Shown: one piece after another, positions 52,875-54,140 of the stretch | Numbering within the stretch: position 1 is the first letter of the stretch | Layout of the letters: every line of letters starts with the position of its first letter | Source of the DNA: Chloroflexota bacterium | GTDB taxonomy: Bacteria; Chloroflexota; Limnocylindria; Limnocylindrales; CSP1-4 | Direction: 5' to 3' | Length of the DNA: 54,140 bases | Assembly: GCA_031373765.1 (NCBI GenBank) | Contig: JANMNF010000071.1 | Span: 1-54,140 of the forward strand | Translations under genes and position numbers: made by a program | Notes under the pieces: generated by a model | Seen by the model: the letters and a program-made list of their open reading frames with translations, nothing else | The model's database searches: none | What the model was told of the DNA's origin: nothing

Positions 52875-54140
52875 TCAGCCGGCCTCGAGCGCGGGTGCCT
52901 CGAAGACGAACGCCCCGCCAACGACCGTACCGACAACTGACGTGTCACCGATGGGGCCCGGATCGGGTGCGTCGATGTCCCGGTCGAGGATTGCGAGGTC
53001 GGCAAGCCGGCCGACGCCCAGCCAGCCCGCGTCATCCTGGCGGTTGACGAAGGCAGAGCCGACTGTCGCTGCGGCGAGGGCCTCATCGAGGGTGATCCGT
53101 TCGGCTGGCAGGAACGGCGCGGCGTCGCGATGCTCGGGCCAGACCCGCCTGACCGCCACTTCGATCTGCGGAAACGGATCGGCCGTGCTGACCGTCCAGT
53201 CGGAGCCGAAGGCCAGCCGCGCGCCGGCGCGCACCAGCGACCCGAACGGGTATTGCCACTTCGTCCGCTCGGGGCCGAGGAACGGGATCGTGAGCTGATC
53301 CATCTGTGCTTCGTGGACGGCCCACAGCGGCTGCGCGTTGGCGACCGCCCCGAGTGCAGCGAACCGTGGCAGATCATCCGGGTGGATCAGCTGGATATGG
53401 GCGATGTGATGGCGTGCATCTCGCACCCCGTTGGCGGCGCTGGTGGCCTCGATGGCATCGAGCGCCTCGCGGACCGCCCGATCTCCGATCGCGTGATAGT
53501 GGAGCTGGAATCCCTGCGCATCGAGGGCAATCGAGAGCCGATTGAGCTCCTCTGGTACGAGCGTTGTCATGCCGATGCCGCCGTTCGGCTCGCCGTGCGC
53601 ATCGAGGTAGGGGTCGAGCAGCGCCCCGGTCCGATTCTCGAGGATGCCATCGACGAAGAACTTGATCGCCGTGGCGCGCAGTCGGGCCGGGCCGGGAGAC
53701 CCCAGCTCGGACGCACGTCCGTCCGCAGCCACGGCATCACGAACGGCAACGAGCCCGTCGATGCCGCCAAAGTCGTCGAGTTCACTGGCGCCCATGGACA
53801 GGACGACTCGGGCCGTGAGCGCACCGGATGCTGCGACCGCCCGATACGCGTCGACCTCTTCCGGATCGACCTTGGCGTCGCCCCATCCGACGATCCCGAG
53901 CGCGTGGAGCTCAGCCTGAGCATCGCGGATGGCCTTCTCGAGGGTGGCCGAACTGTGGCGCGGAATGAACTTCCGGACCAGGTCGATGGCCGCTTCCTGG
54001 AGCGTGCCTACCGGCGAACCATCGGGGTCGCGTTCGATTCGGCCCGTCGGCGGGTCAGGCGTCTCCGCGGTGATTCCCGCCATCTCGAGCGCTCGCGAGT
54101 TGGCCCATGCGCCATGCCCGTCCCGGTTGGTCAGGAAGAC
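52875..54140 (-). CDS. Amidohydrolase-family (YtcJ-like) metal-dependent hydrolase, 5'-truncated by the window edge
   Basis: The reading frame stays open to position 54140 (...DGHGAWANSRALEMAGI). HYHAIGD, HIAHIQL and FGSDWTV are metal-ligand motifs of the amidohydrolase_3 type. Confidence 0.75.
   Translation of the reverse strand, partial: VFLTNRDGHGAWANSRALEMAGITAETPDPPTGRIERDPDGSPVGTLQEAAIDLVRKFIPRHSSATLEKAIRDAQAELHALGIVGWGDAKVDPEEVDAYRAVAASGALTARVVLSMGASELDDFGGIDGLVAVRDAVAADGRASELGSPGPARLRATAIKFFVDGILENRTGALLDPYLDAHGEPNGGIGMTTLVPEELNRLSIALDAQGFQLHYHAIGDRAVREALDAIEATSAANGVRDARHHIAHIQLIHPDDLPRFAALGAVANAQPLWAVHEAQMDQLTIPFLGPERTKWQYPFGSLVRAGARLAFGSDWTVSTADPFPQIEVAVRRVWPEHRDAAPFLPAERITLDEALAAATVGSAFVNRQDDAGWLGVGRLADLAILDRDIDAPDPGPIGDTSVVGTVVGGAFVFEAPALEAG

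Overview
GC-rich bacterial chromosomal window with frequent GTG/TTG starts, 1-4 nt start/stop overlaps and an F420-type LLM oxidoreductase, so probably Actinomycetota or Chloroflexota. About 55 genes; no rRNA, CRISPR, transposase or integrase was recognised. Three themes stand out. (1) Selenium-dependent formate oxidation. The formate dehydrogenase (FDH) catalytic gene (12026-14023, minus) carries an in-frame UGA at 13688-13690 followed by an fdhF-like SECIS hairpin. A fused NuoE/NuoF-like diaphorase gene and a separate Fe-S-only alpha-subunit fragment lie at 7720-10694. fdhD (5829-6755), selD, tRNA-Sec, selA, selB and mobA (45242-52861) complete the set. The FDH alpha subunit is split at a domain boundary, its two halves are in permuted order, and a cold-shock gene and a VapBC module lie between them. 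(2) A roughly 27 kb inositol-like catabolic island (14129-41742). It holds IolB, two IolD paralogs, three IolE-like TIM-barrel proteins, three Gfo/Idh/MocA oxidoreductases, a split transketolase, a transaldolase, a DegT-type aminotransferase, a Pot-type ABC importer and an 868-aa unknown protein. No iolC kinase or iolJ aldolase was seen. All of it is wired to one LacI-type operator, TGCGCAACCGATTGCAG, present four times exactly plus one degenerate copy inside stereotyped, partly bidirectional promoters. (3) Housekeeping and envelope genes: a tryptophanase-like lyase, an OtsA-OtsB fusion, a two-component system, lipoproteins and small membrane proteins. Many long ORFs in the track are antisense shadows and are not reported.
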